Shown: piece by piece, positions 1-7,972 of the stretch
Numbering within the stretch: the first letter of the stretch is position 1
How the letters are laid out: each line of letters begins with the position of its first letter
NCBI RefSeq assembly: GCF_000023965.1
Contig: NC_013202.1
Span: 570,001 to 602,000, forward strand
DNA length: 32,000 bases
Direction of reading: 5' to 3'
From: Halomicrobium mukohataei DSM 12286
GTDB taxonomy: Archaea; Halobacteriota; Halobacteria; Halobacteriales; Haloarculaceae
Program-made: the position numbers and the translations under genes
The notes under the pieces: generated by a model
Databases searched by the model: none
What the model saw: only the letters and a program-made list of their open reading frames with translations
Told to the model about the DNA's origin: nothing

Positions 1-546
1 GCGCGGGCTCACGAGCGCGGCGTCGTCGGGACCGTCGGGACGCTGGCCGACGGCGAGACGCGCAGCCTGGGGGAGACGACGCTCCGGGCGGTCGCGCTGC
101 CGGGTCACACGACGGGGATGACCGGCGTCGCGGTCGGCGACGTGCTGCTGACCGGCGACAGCCTCTTTCTGGAGAGCGTCGCCCGCCCGGACCTCGAAGC
201 GAGCGACGACGCGGCGGCGTTCGCCCGAGAACTGTACGCGACGCTGACCGAACGGCTGGACGCGTTCGACGACGAGACCCTGATCGCGCCGGGCCACGTC
301 GGCGAGCGAACGGTGCGAAACGACGACGGCAGCTACGCGGCGACGCTGGGCCAGCTCCGAGAACGGCTGTGGGCCTTCGCGGTCGACGAGGCGACGTTCG
401 TCGAGCGCGTCACGGAGAACGTCCCGCCGCGCCCGGCCAACGCCGAGGCGATCGTCGCAGCCAACCTCGGCCGACGGACGCCGAGCGACGACGACGCCTT
501 CGAGTGGGAACTGGGACCGAACAACTGCGCCGCGACGGCGGAGTGA
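1..546 (+). CDS. MBL-fold metallo-hydrolase, C-terminal part (5' end lies outside the window)
   Basis: Frame 1 is open from base 1. The translation ...LRAVALPGHTTGMTGVAVGDVLLTGDSLF... and ...IAPGHVGE... resembles the His/Asp metal-ligand motifs of the metallo-beta-lactamase fold. Stop TGA at 544-546. Confidence 0.6.
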   Translation, partial: ARAHERGVVGTVGTLADGETRSLGETTLRAVALPGHTTGMTGVAVGDVLLTGDSLFLESVARPDLEASDDAAAFARELYATLTERLDAFDDETLIAPGHVGERTVRNDDGSYAATLGQLRERLWAFAVDEATFVERVTENVPPRPANAEAIVAANLGRRTPSDDDAFEWELGPNNCAATAE

Positions 547-547
547 T

Positions 548-624
548 ACGGATTATTGTAGCGATTTACCGGTGATCGTCGCCACGGAGTAGACGATCAC
601 CGGTAAGCAACTACAATAAACCGT
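548..624. repeat. 77-nt imperfect palindrome (33-nt arms, 11-nt spacer) between two convergent genes
   Basis: Arm 548-580 ACGGATTATTGTAGCGATTTACCGGTGATCGTC pairs with arm 592-624 GACGATCACCGGTAAGCAACTACAATAAACCGT. 28 of 33 positions are complementary, including a perfect 15-bp stem next to the loop. The arms are AT-richer than the flanks. Confidence 0.8.
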
Positions 625-716
625 ATGAGACGGGTCGTCGCCGGTCCGCACCGGGTCGATCCCACGGCGATGTGCGGTCGCCCGGGAGAACGCTGACGAT
701 AGCCGTATAGTAGGGG

Positions 717-1010
717 CTACAGCGAGAAGCGACGCCGGATCACGTCGACGAGTGACTCCTCGTCGGTGGGTTCGTGCTCGCCGACGACGCCGGACTGGGG
801 CGAGAAGACCGTCCGCTCGCCGTCCCGTGTCACCTCGATGAGCGCGTCCGCCTTCAGTTCGGCGAGGGCGTCCTCCAGGTGGTCGATGTCGGCGTCGACC
901 CGCGACCGGAGTTCGAAGACGGTCATCCCGTCCTCGGGGCGATCTCCGAGGGCATCCAGCACTGCGACCTGCGTGTCGGGACGGTCGCGGTACTCCGGTT
1001 TCGCTCTCAT
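717..1010 (-). CDS. small acidic winged-helix DNA-binding protein (97 aa)
   Basis: ATG at 1010 gives MRAKPEYRDRPDTQVAVLDALGDRPEDGMTVFELRSRV...LIEVTRDGERTVF, a helix-turn-helix plus wing pattern. The listed extension to 1088 is Arg-rich and untypical. A TATA-like box lies in the divergent intergenic region. Confidence 0.6.
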   Translation of the reverse strand: MRAKPEYRDRPDTQVAVLDALGDRPEDGMTVFELRSRVDADIDHLEDALAELKADALIEVTRDGERTVFSPQSGVVGEHEPTDEESLVDVIRRRFSL

Positions 1011-1127
1011 ACCGGGAGATAGTCGTGGAACCCCCTTGTGTTTGTCCCCGAGCGAGAGAGACCGGCGGTCGGCTCGCGGTCGTCCCAAGCAGTAGGCTTA
1101 TCACTCGGAGCGGGCCATGTCGTGACA

Positions 1128-2024
1128 ATGAGTCTCAAATGCTCCGTGCTTGGGCACGCGTACGGAGAAACGACTGTCGAGCGCGACCGCGAAGAGCAGG
1201 GTAGCGAAGTCGTCATCACGATCCGAGAGGTCGAAACCTGCGAGCGGTGTGGCACCGAGCGCGTCGTCTCCGAGAACAAGGAGGTCACGGCGATCGAAAC
1301 ACCCGACGACACCGAGACGGCAGCGTCGGAGGGCGAAGCGGCGACGACGGACGCCGAAAGCGAGTCCGAGTCCGACACTGCCCGAGAGGAGCCGTCGGAC
1401 GAGGAGGACGACGTGGAGGACGACGACACCGAGGACGTTCCGGCGGCGGGCGAGGAGCTGTCGGCCTCGGAGATCGTCGGCGGCGAGGAGACGCCGTCGA
1501 CACCCGAGGCCGAGGCCGAGCCCGATACCGGCGCGGAGATCATCGACGCCGAATCCGACGAGCCGGTGTCCGAAGAGGCCGTCGACGAGGAACTGGCCGA
1601 CCCCACGGTCGACCCCGAGATCGACGAGCAGGACGGCGACGAGCAACTGGGCGGCGGAGCCCCCGCCGTCGATACCGAGGAGATCGACGCGGACGACCCC
1701 GACGCCGACGACGCCATGATCATCGACGAGGACGACGACGATCCCGTCGAGCAGGGGGACCGCCAGCCCGGCGAGTGGCCCGAAGAGCCCGACACGGGCG
1801 ACGACGAGTGGCAGCCCGATACGATCGGGACGATCGACGAGGACGACGAAGAGCAGGCCACGGAGACGACGACGCTGACGGTCCCCGACGGCCAGTTCCG
1901 CTGTCCGGAGTGTGACTTTACGACGCTGGTCGAGTCCTCGTCGCTGCGGCGTGGCGACTTCTGTCCGGAGTGTCACCGCGGCACACTCGTCCACGAGCCA
2001 GAAGACGAAACGCGAAAAGAGTAA
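1128..2024 (+). CDS. hyper-acidic protein with N- and C-terminal zinc-ribbon motifs (298 aa)
   Basis: ATG at 1128 (MSLKCSVLGHAYG...). There is a CxxxxH...CxxC motif at the N-terminus and CPEC...CPEC at the C-terminus (FRCPECDFTT...FCPECHRG). The central ~200 aa are almost only D/E/T/P/A. TATA-like AGGCTTATCA lies about 30 nt upstream. Confidence 0.7.
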   Translation: MSLKCSVLGHAYGETTVERDREEQGSEVVITIREVETCERCGTERVVSENKEVTAIETPDDTETAASEGEAATTDAESESESDTAREEPSDEEDDVEDDDTEDVPAAGEELSASEIVGGEETPSTPEAEAEPDTGAEIIDAESDEPVSEEAVDEELADPTVDPEIDEQDGDEQLGGGAPAVDTEEIDADDPDADDAMIIDEDDDDPVEQGDRQPGEWPEEPDTGDDEWQPDTIGTIDEDDEEQATETTTLTVPDGQFRCPECDFTTLVESSSLRRGDFCPECHRGTLVHEPEDETRKE

Positions 2025-2050
2025 GGCAGGGCCAGCACAAATCGACTTCT

Positions 2051-2443
2051 ATGCGAGAGTACAAGATGCGACGCGGCGAGCACCTCGAAGATCGGGTTCC
2101 CGACATGGAGGCGTTCGTCGAGGACTACTTCGGCGAGATCACCGACACACAAGAGCGCAAGGGGAGCGACCTGCTGGTCGTCGACGACCCCGACAATCCG
2201 GTCTTCGAGCGCGTCGTCGCCGGCACCGTCGAGTACAGCGGCAAGAAGGACAAGCTCGCGCTCCACATCGACGAGCGCGACGCCGAGGACGTCATCGCCG
2301 AGGGCAACGCCGACGCGGCACAGGAGGCCGTCACGGCCAAGAACGACTTTCTCGAAGAGGCGACCGGCCGCGACGCCAAGGCCCGCCGAGACTCGATGAA
2401 GCGCTCCGTCGAAGACGACGCCGACAAGCCCGACAGCGTCTGA
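2051..2443 (+). CDS. conserved haloarchaeal cytoplasmic protein, DUF5611-like (130 aa)
   Basis: ATG at 2051 gives MREYKMRRGEHLEDRV...FGEITD...AKNDFLEEATGRDAKARRDSMKR. From memory this matches the layout of the DUF5611 family. Acidic composition. The upstream part of the listed ORF is Arg-rich and overlaps the previous gene. Confidence 0.55.
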   Translation: MREYKMRRGEHLEDRVPDMEAFVEDYFGEITDTQERKGSDLLVVDDPDNPVFERVVAGTVEYSGKKDKLALHIDERDAEDVIAEGNADAAQEAVTAKNDFLEEATGRDAKARRDSMKRSVEDDADKPDSV

Positions 2444-2753
2444 GGATCTTCTCAGCTCGTCGCACTCTATCGATCGCGGGCAGCCGCGCCCGCGGCGTTC
2501 AGATGAGAAACAGAGATGAGAGTGATTACGCCGCCCGTCAGGTTCAAGTAGACCCGTGACAAAGCGTACCATACGCCACGCCTGGAGGCGGTCGAGAAGT
2601 ATCCGGGTCACAGCGCACGGTGCGCGTGCGTGGCCGACTGGCGCGGGTAGGGCCAGTCCGCCACGGCCCTGTCATAGTTTGGGGCGTCCCCGTCGATCGA
2701 CGGGGGCGCTCTTTCTCGTCGCTCCCGAGCCCCTGCCGTGGCCTCCGAGCAGA

Positions 2754-3521
2754 TCACTCGGTGAGCCCGTACCCCCGTTTGAACAGCGCGAGGTCGACGG
2801 CGAGGACGGCGACGGCGGCCCCGGTGAGCACGAGCAGCGAGGTCGTGGGCTCGATCTCGGTGACGCCGATCATACCGTACCGGACGCCGTTGACCATGTA
2901 CACCATCGGGTTGAACAGCGAGACGGTCCGCCACAGCGGCGGGAGCACCTCCAGCGAGTAAAACACCGCGCCGAAGAACACGAGCGGCCGGAGGATGAAC
3001 TGGTTCATCACCGTCAGGTAGTCGAAGTCGCTGGCCCACAGCCCGCCGATCACGCCGAGTCCGCCAAACAGCGTGGTGATGACCAGGACGAACGCGATCA
3101 GGTACAGCGGGTGAGCCACCGAGACCGACGTAAAGACCAGCCCGACGCCGACGATCAACAGCGAGGTGACGATCCCGCGCAGTGCGCTGGCCGAGACGTA
3201 GGCGGCGACGACGCTGCGATGGGACATCGGCGAGGTCGTGACGGCCTGGATGTACTCGTTCCAGCGGCCGTGGAAGATCGTGAACGACGCGTTCTCGAAG
3301 CTGTCCGAGATCGCGCCGAGGACGACCAGGCCCGGCAGGACGAACTGGATGTAGCTGACGCCCGCGATCTCGCCGATCCGGCTGCCGAGGATGACCCCGA
3401 AGACGGCGAAGTACAGCGCGTTCGTGATGATCGGCGGCAGGAAAGTGTTGTACGGCCGCCTGACGAAGCGAAGCACCTCCCGACGCACGAGCGTCAGGAG
3501 TTGCGTGGCGGTTCGGTTCAC
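2754..3521 (-). CDS. ABC-2 type transporter permease
   Basis: 255-aa product with six hydrophobic segments and an N-terminus typical of ABC-2 permeases (LRFVRRPYNTFLPPIITNALYFAVFG). The GTG start overlaps the stop of the upstream ATPase gene (GTGA). Confidence 0.85.
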   Translation of the reverse strand: MNRTATQLLTLVRREVLRFVRRPYNTFLPPIITNALYFAVFGVILGSRIGEIAGVSYIQFVLPGLVVLGAISDSFENASFTIFHGRWNEYIQAVTTSPMSHRSVVAAYVSASALRGIVTSLLIVGVGLVFTSVSVAHPLYLIAFVLVITTLFGGLGVIGGLWASDFDYLTVMNQFILRPLVFFGAVFYSLEVLPPLWRTVSLFNPMVYMVNGVRYGMIGVTEIEPTTSLLVLTGAAVAVLAVDLALFKRGYGLTE

Positions 3522-4477
3522 GCGTCGACCTCCATCTCGACCTCGGTGTCGCCGCCGTGGTCCGCCCGCGTCATGTCGACGAACACCTCTTCGAGGGAGG
3601 CCCGCCGTACGTCCAGCGACGTGACGGTGTGGCCCGCCGCTTCCAGTTCACGCATGATCGCCGGGGCGAGAGAGCTCCCGCCGGCCGCAGAGACGAGCAG
3701 CGTCTCGTCCTCCATGCGGGCGTCTCGCGCGCCCTCGACCGAGAGAGTGGGGGCGGTCGCGGGCGGCGATTCGAGGCCGATCTCGACCGTGTCGGTGCCC
3801 CGTTCCATCAGCTCGTCGGGGGTCGCGACCTCGACCTTCCGGCCGTCGTCGACGATCGCCACCCGGTCACAGAGGCGCTCTGCCTCCTCGATGTAGTGGG
3901 TCGTCAGCAGGATCGTCGTCCCGCCGTCGTTCATGCGGTTGATGATCTCCCAGAGGTCGTGGCGCAGCTGTACGTCGACGCCCGCCGTCGGCTCGTCGAG
4001 GATCAGCAGGTCGGGGTTCGACACCAGCGCGCGGGCGAGCATGAACCGTCGTTTCATCCCGCCGGAGAGCCAGTCGAAACGAGTGTCGCGTTTGTCCCAG
4101 ATGCCGACGGTCTTCAGGGCGTCCTCGGCCCGCTCCTCGGCCTCGGCCTCGGGGACGCCGTGGTAGCCCGCCTTGTGCTCTAAGACCTCGTGGATGGGGA
4201 AAAAGCGGTCGACGTTGTACTCCTGGGGCGCGAGCCCGATGGCGTCGCGCGCCTCGCGGTAGTCGTCCTCGACGTCGTGGCCGAAGACCGTCGCCTCGCC
4301 GCCGTCGGCGTCGACCAGTCCGACGAGCGTGTTGATGAACGTCGTCTTCCCGGCACCGTTGGGCCCGAGCAAGCCGAAGAACTCCCCGGACTCGACCGTC
4401 AGCGAGAGTCCGGCAAGCGCCTGCACGTCACCGTAGCGTTTCGTCAACTCGCGGGTGCGAATTGCGGGTGCAGTCAT
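3518..4477 (-). CDS. ABC transporter ATP-binding protein
   Basis: Walker A GPNGAGKTT, signature LSGGMKRR, Walker B LLILDEPTAGVD, H-loop TTHY. A C-terminal ~100-aa extension is present, as in ABC-2 exporter ATPases. Confidence 0.92.
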   Translation of the reverse strand: MTAPAIRTRELTKRYGDVQALAGLSLTVESGEFFGLLGPNGAGKTTFINTLVGLVDADGGEATVFGHDVEDDYREARDAIGLAPQEYNVDRFFPIHEVLEHKAGYHGVPEAEAEERAEDALKTVGIWDKRDTRFDWLSGGMKRRFMLARALVSNPDLLILDEPTAGVDVQLRHDLWEIINRMNDGGTTILLTTHYIEEAERLCDRVAIVDDGRKVEVATPDELMERGTDTVEIGLESPPATAPTLSVEGARDARMEDETLLVSAAGGSSLAPAIMRELEAAGHTVTSLDVRRASLEEVFVDMTRADHGGDTEVEMEVDA

Positions 4478-4579
4478 TACCGTTTCCAGTCGTTCGAGGC
4501 GGTTAAGGGGCGTGAAACGCTCGGTGGCGTAGATCGTACGCGACAGAACGGCGGCGAAAGGAAAGAGAGCGGTGCGAGC

Positions 4580-4936
4580 CTACTGACCCAGGCGTTCGCG
4601 ACTGATCGCGACGCCGGCCGGCGTGATGATGAGCTGGTCGTCGTCTTTCTGGACGATGTCGCCCCCGACCTCGTTGACGACCCGTTTGAGTTCGTCGGTG
4701 ATGTGTTCCATCGTACGGTCCTGCGTGCTGTGGCGCGTGATGTCGGCCACGACGATGTCGCCGTCGTAGACGGCGTCTTTGATCTCGACGACGTCCTGTT
4801 TCTCGCCGATGCGTGCGATTCGGACCTGTCGGTCGACCTCGACCGCGTCGTCGAGGTCGTCGGCAGACAGTTCGACGTAGTCCTCGGTGGCCCGCGAAGA
4901 GCCCGACTCGCCCAGTATCTTGCTCATCAGTCCCAT
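4580..4936 (-). CDS. sepF: archaeal cell-division protein SepF (DUF552)
   Basis: ATG at 4936 gives MGLMSKILGESGSSRATEDYVELSADDLDD...IKDAVYDGDIVVADITRHSTQDRTMEHITDELKRVVNEVGGDIVQKDDDQLIITPAGVAISRERL. From memory this is very close to haloarchaeal SepF. The listed upstream extension to 5200 overlaps the divergent gene. Confidence 0.8.
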   Translation of the reverse strand: MGLMSKILGESGSSRATEDYVELSADDLDDAVEVDRQVRIARIGEKQDVVEIKDAVYDGDIVVADITRHSTQDRTMEHITDELKRVVNEVGGDIVQKDDDQLIITPAGVAISRERLGQ

Positions 4937-5042
4937 ACCCACTGTGGGGGTCGCCGGTGGTTTAGGCTTTACGTCAGACGGAACGACTCGACCACCCGAC
5001 TGTCGCCCGACCGCTTTTGCCGTTCGCGACCAACAGGGGCCT

Positions 5043-5774
5043 GTGACCTTCAGCATCTGCGTCCGCGAAGAGTACACGGACGAGGAGGGCGACGAACAGA
5101 CCCGCTTTGGCGTCGCGGTGACGACCCGACTGGCCGCGGTCGGGACGCTGTGTCCGTTCGTCAGCGAGAACGGTGCAGTCGCGACACAGAGCCGCGTCAA
5201 CGTCGACCTCGGGCGACGCGGGATCGACTACGTCGATGACGGGCTGGCCGTCGAAGATGCCTTGCAGTCGCTGCTCGACGCGGACGACGGCAAGGCAGAG
5301 CGACAGCTTCACGGCGTCGACGCCGACGGGGAGTTCGCCTTCTCCGGCGGGGAGTGTGGCGAGTGGTTCGGTCACGAGGTCGGCGACGACTACACCGTCG
5401 CGGGGAATCTGCTGACCGGTGCCGACGTGCTCACAGCCACCGCCACGGCCTACGAGGAGGGGCGCGACGGCGACGCACCGCTGGCCGAGCGGCTGATCGA
5501 CGCGCTCGAAGCGGGCCACGCGGCCGGGGGCGACAAGCGTACGGAGCTAGAGGTCCAGAGCGCGGCCCTGCTGGTCGCGACGACCGAGGACCGGCCCGCG
5601 GACCCCTACTACGACGACCTGCGAGTCGACGCGACCGAGACGCCGATCGAAGACCTGCGCGAGACGTACGAACTGGCCAGAGAGAGCTACGAGCAGGCGC
5701 TGGCGAGAGCAGCGGAGAGGGCGGACGACGAGGACGAGCGTTCCGGCGAGGAGCCGGACGGCGGCGAGTCGTGA
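5043..5774 (+). CDS. DUF1028 family (Ntn-hydrolase-like) protein
   Basis: GTG at 5043 gives VTFSICVRE..., and DUF1028 proteins start (M)TFSI with the N-terminal nucleophile region. Internal TRLAAVGTLCPFV...AVATQS and GDKR motifs are present. A T-rich box lies about 28 nt upstream, consistent with a leaderless mRNA. Confidence 0.7.
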   Translation: MTFSICVREEYTDEEGDEQTRFGVAVTTRLAAVGTLCPFVSENGAVATQSRVNVDLGRRGIDYVDDGLAVEDALQSLLDADDGKAERQLHGVDADGEFAFSGGECGEWFGHEVGDDYTVAGNLLTGADVLTATATAYEEGRDGDAPLAERLIDALEAGHAAGGDKRTELEVQSAALLVATTEDRPADPYYDDLRVDATETPIEDLRETYELARESYEQALARAAERADDEDERSGEEPDGGES

Positions 5775-5814
5775 TCGGTGGCGGAACGGCCGGATGGGCG
5801 ATCGGACGGCGGCG

Positions 5815-6555
5815 TCACGCCGACTCGGCGGCCTCGTAGGTGACCTTGACCTGTGCCGTCACCGTGACCGGTCCGCTGTCGATGTCGGTGCTGGCACCGT
5901 CTCCGGCCGCGGTCGCCGTCGCTTCGGCGGCGTAGGGCCGGTAGCCCCGGTCGACGGTCGTGACGGTCTCGACGCCCTCGATCGTCAGGTCCGCCCGCTC
6001 GGCGATCGTCGTCGCCTTCGTCTCGGCGCGGTCCATCGCGCCCTCCAGGGCCTGTTCTTCGAGTTCGTTACGGCGGTCGGCCGACAGCGTGAACTCGACG
6101 TTGTCGACGTCGTTGGCACCGTTCGCGACGGCCGTGTCGATCACGGAACCGGCCTTGCTGGTGTCGTTGATGGTAATCTCGAAGGACTGGCGGGCGACGT
6201 ATCGGGGCTCGGGGTCCTCCGTTTCGGAGGGCGGGCGGCGGTAGTCCTGCCCGATGTCGTACCCGTTGGTCCGCACCTGTGCGCCCTCGATGTCGGCGAG
6301 GGCGTCTCGAAGCTGGGTGACGTTGTCGGCGAGTTGCTGTCGAGCGGTCGCGGCGTCGCCGGCACGCGTCTCGACGCCGACGCGCACGACGGCCTGGTCG
6401 GGCTGGGCGCTGACCGCGCCGGTCGCGCCCACGTCGACGGTTCGGTTGTCGGTGGCAGCTGTCTGTGCGCTGTCGCCGGCACCGAGCGCGCCCGTACAGC
6501 CACTGAGGAGTACGAGCGTCGCCAGCACGGCGACCGCGGGGAGTGAACGTCGCAT
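5815..6555 (-). CDS. SIMPL/DUF541 domain lipoprotein
   Basis: Signal peptide with lipobox (LVLLSGC). The remainder resembles SIMPL-domain proteins (VRVGVE...A...N...L...L; VTAQVKVTYE at the C-terminus). Confidence 0.72.
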   Translation of the reverse strand: MRRSLPAVAVLATLVLLSGCTGALGAGDSAQTAATDNRTVDVGATGAVSAQPDQAVVRVGVETRAGDAATARQQLADNVTQLRDALADIEGAQVRTNGYDIGQDYRRPPSETEDPEPRYVARQSFEITINDTSKAGSVIDTAVANGANDVDNVEFTLSADRRNELEEQALEGAMDRAETKATTIAERADLTIEGVETVTTVDRGYRPYAAEATATAAGDGASTDIDSGPVTVTAQVKVTYEAAESA

Positions 6556-6619
6556 ACACGGTCACCGACGACCCCCATCTTCAAAGCCCTCGGGGACGGT
6601 CAAAACCCAGTTTGAACGA

Positions 6620-7900
6620 TCAGCCGGCCTGATCGACGGTCACGAAACGGATCTCCGTCGTCACGTCGCGGTCCGCGATCCGGTCGGCCACCGCGTCGAT
6701 GTCGTCTGCGAGCGTCGGGAACGTCTCGCCGGGCGGGACGCCGACCGTGACGACGACGCGGGTCGGCTGCTGGAACACCGCGGTGTTGGTCTGCTGGACT
6801 TCGATCTCCAGCATCGTCGCGCCGGCCTCGGCGACGATCTCGCCGGCCTCGGATCGGATCTGTTCTTCGGTGCTGGCCCGTTCGAACGTATCGAGCGTGA
6901 CGCCGCCGAGAAACGCCGAGAGGACCAGGATGGAGACGACGAGAACGCCGATCCGGGAGGCCGTGGCGCTCTTTGCCTCGTCGGTCCGGAACCACTGGCT
7001 CGGCTGGTACCCCTTGTACCACAACACGACGAGCGCCGCGAGGTTGATCGAGAGGACGTTGACGGCGAGCAACACCGCAGAGCCAAGCGAGACCAGGGGT
7101 TGGCCCCACGCCATGCCGATGCCGACCGTCGCAGCCGGCGGGATCAGCGCGACGGCGATCATCACGCCCACCAGCGCGGTCGAGACACCAGACGAGAGAC
7201 TGACGACGCCCGCGACCCCCGCACCCAGCGCGACCACCAGCGAGAGGAAGTCCGGGGCGACGCGCTCGCGGATCTCCGGGATCGACGTGACGTCCGCGAG
7301 CGGCGGGATGAGATGGACCGAACGCACGAGGAAGGCAAAGAGGCCGGCGCTGACGACGGCCAGCACGAGCCCGATCAACTGGAGTTTGACGCCCCGTCGG
7401 AACATCTCCTGGTCGTCCATGACGGTGCCGACGCTGGTCGCCATCGCCGGGCCGATCAGCGGCGCGATCACCATCGAGCCGACGACGACGGCGGGCGAGT
7501 CGAGCAAGAGCCCCGCCGTCGCGATCAGCGCGCTGACGACCGTCATGACGACGTACGTCGAAAAGGCGGGTGCCATGTCGCTGGCTCTGGCAGTCAGTTC
7601 CTCGCGAGCGATCCGGTCCTCGTCTTCCTCCTCGTCGTACCGTTCCTGGAGTTCGTCGAACTGGCGGGAGATGACGGTGTTGGCGTCGACGATCACCGTG
7701 TACCCGTCCTCGTCGATCCCGACCGCTCGGAGCTGTTCGAGCACCGGCTCGACGGCCGCACTGGGCAGCGGGAAGTACGCGACGCCGGTGTACTCCCGAC
7801 CGCTCGTCTCGTCGTTGACGACGTAGTCGATCCCCTCGTCGTCCAGTGCCCGGAGGATGGCGTCGCGCTTGCCCGCCGGTATCGTGACCTGTACGAGTCG
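6620..7900 (-). CDS. DUF389 / TIGR00341 family membrane protein
   Basis: The N-terminal soluble domain starts VRLVQVTIPAGKRDAILRALDDEGIDYV (GTG at 7900; the listed 7930 start is TTG). It is followed by multiple TM helices with the LIGPAMA motif typical of DUF389. Confidence 0.75.
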   Translation of the reverse strand, partial: RLVQVTIPAGKRDAILRALDDEGIDYVVNDETSGREYTGVAYFPLPSAAVEPVLEQLRAVGIDEDGYTVIVDANTVISRQFDELQERYDEEEDEDRIAREELTARASDMAPAFSTYVVMTVVSALIATAGLLLDSPAVVVGSMVIAPLIGPAMATSVGTVMDDQEMFRRGVKLQLIGLVLAVVSAGLFAFLVRSVHLIPPLADVTSIPEIRERVAPDFLSLVVALGAGVAGVVSLSSGVSTALVGVMIAVALIPPAATVGIGMAWGQPLVSLGSAVLLAVNVLSINLAALVVLWYKGYQPSQWFRTDEAKSATASRIGVLVVSILVLSAFLGGVTLDTFERASTEEQIRSEAGEIVAEAGATMLEIEVQQTNTAVFQQPTRVVVTVGVPPGETFPTLADDIDAVADRIADRDVTTEIRFVTVDQAG

Positions 7901-7972
7901 CACGTCACGTGCTGTGAGCCCGAGGAGCAAAAGACGGTGGGGTCCGAGCGTCGAGCGCGACCGCCGTGGCGT

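Noticed and set aside
1007-1861. 284-aa Ser-rich ORF on the minus strand, plus Arg-rich + strand ORFs at 1150-1719 and 1247-1915
   Set aside because: These are mirror or offset frames of the GAC/GAG-rich hyper-acidic coding region at 1128-2024. The low-complexity translations are a by-product of that codon bias.
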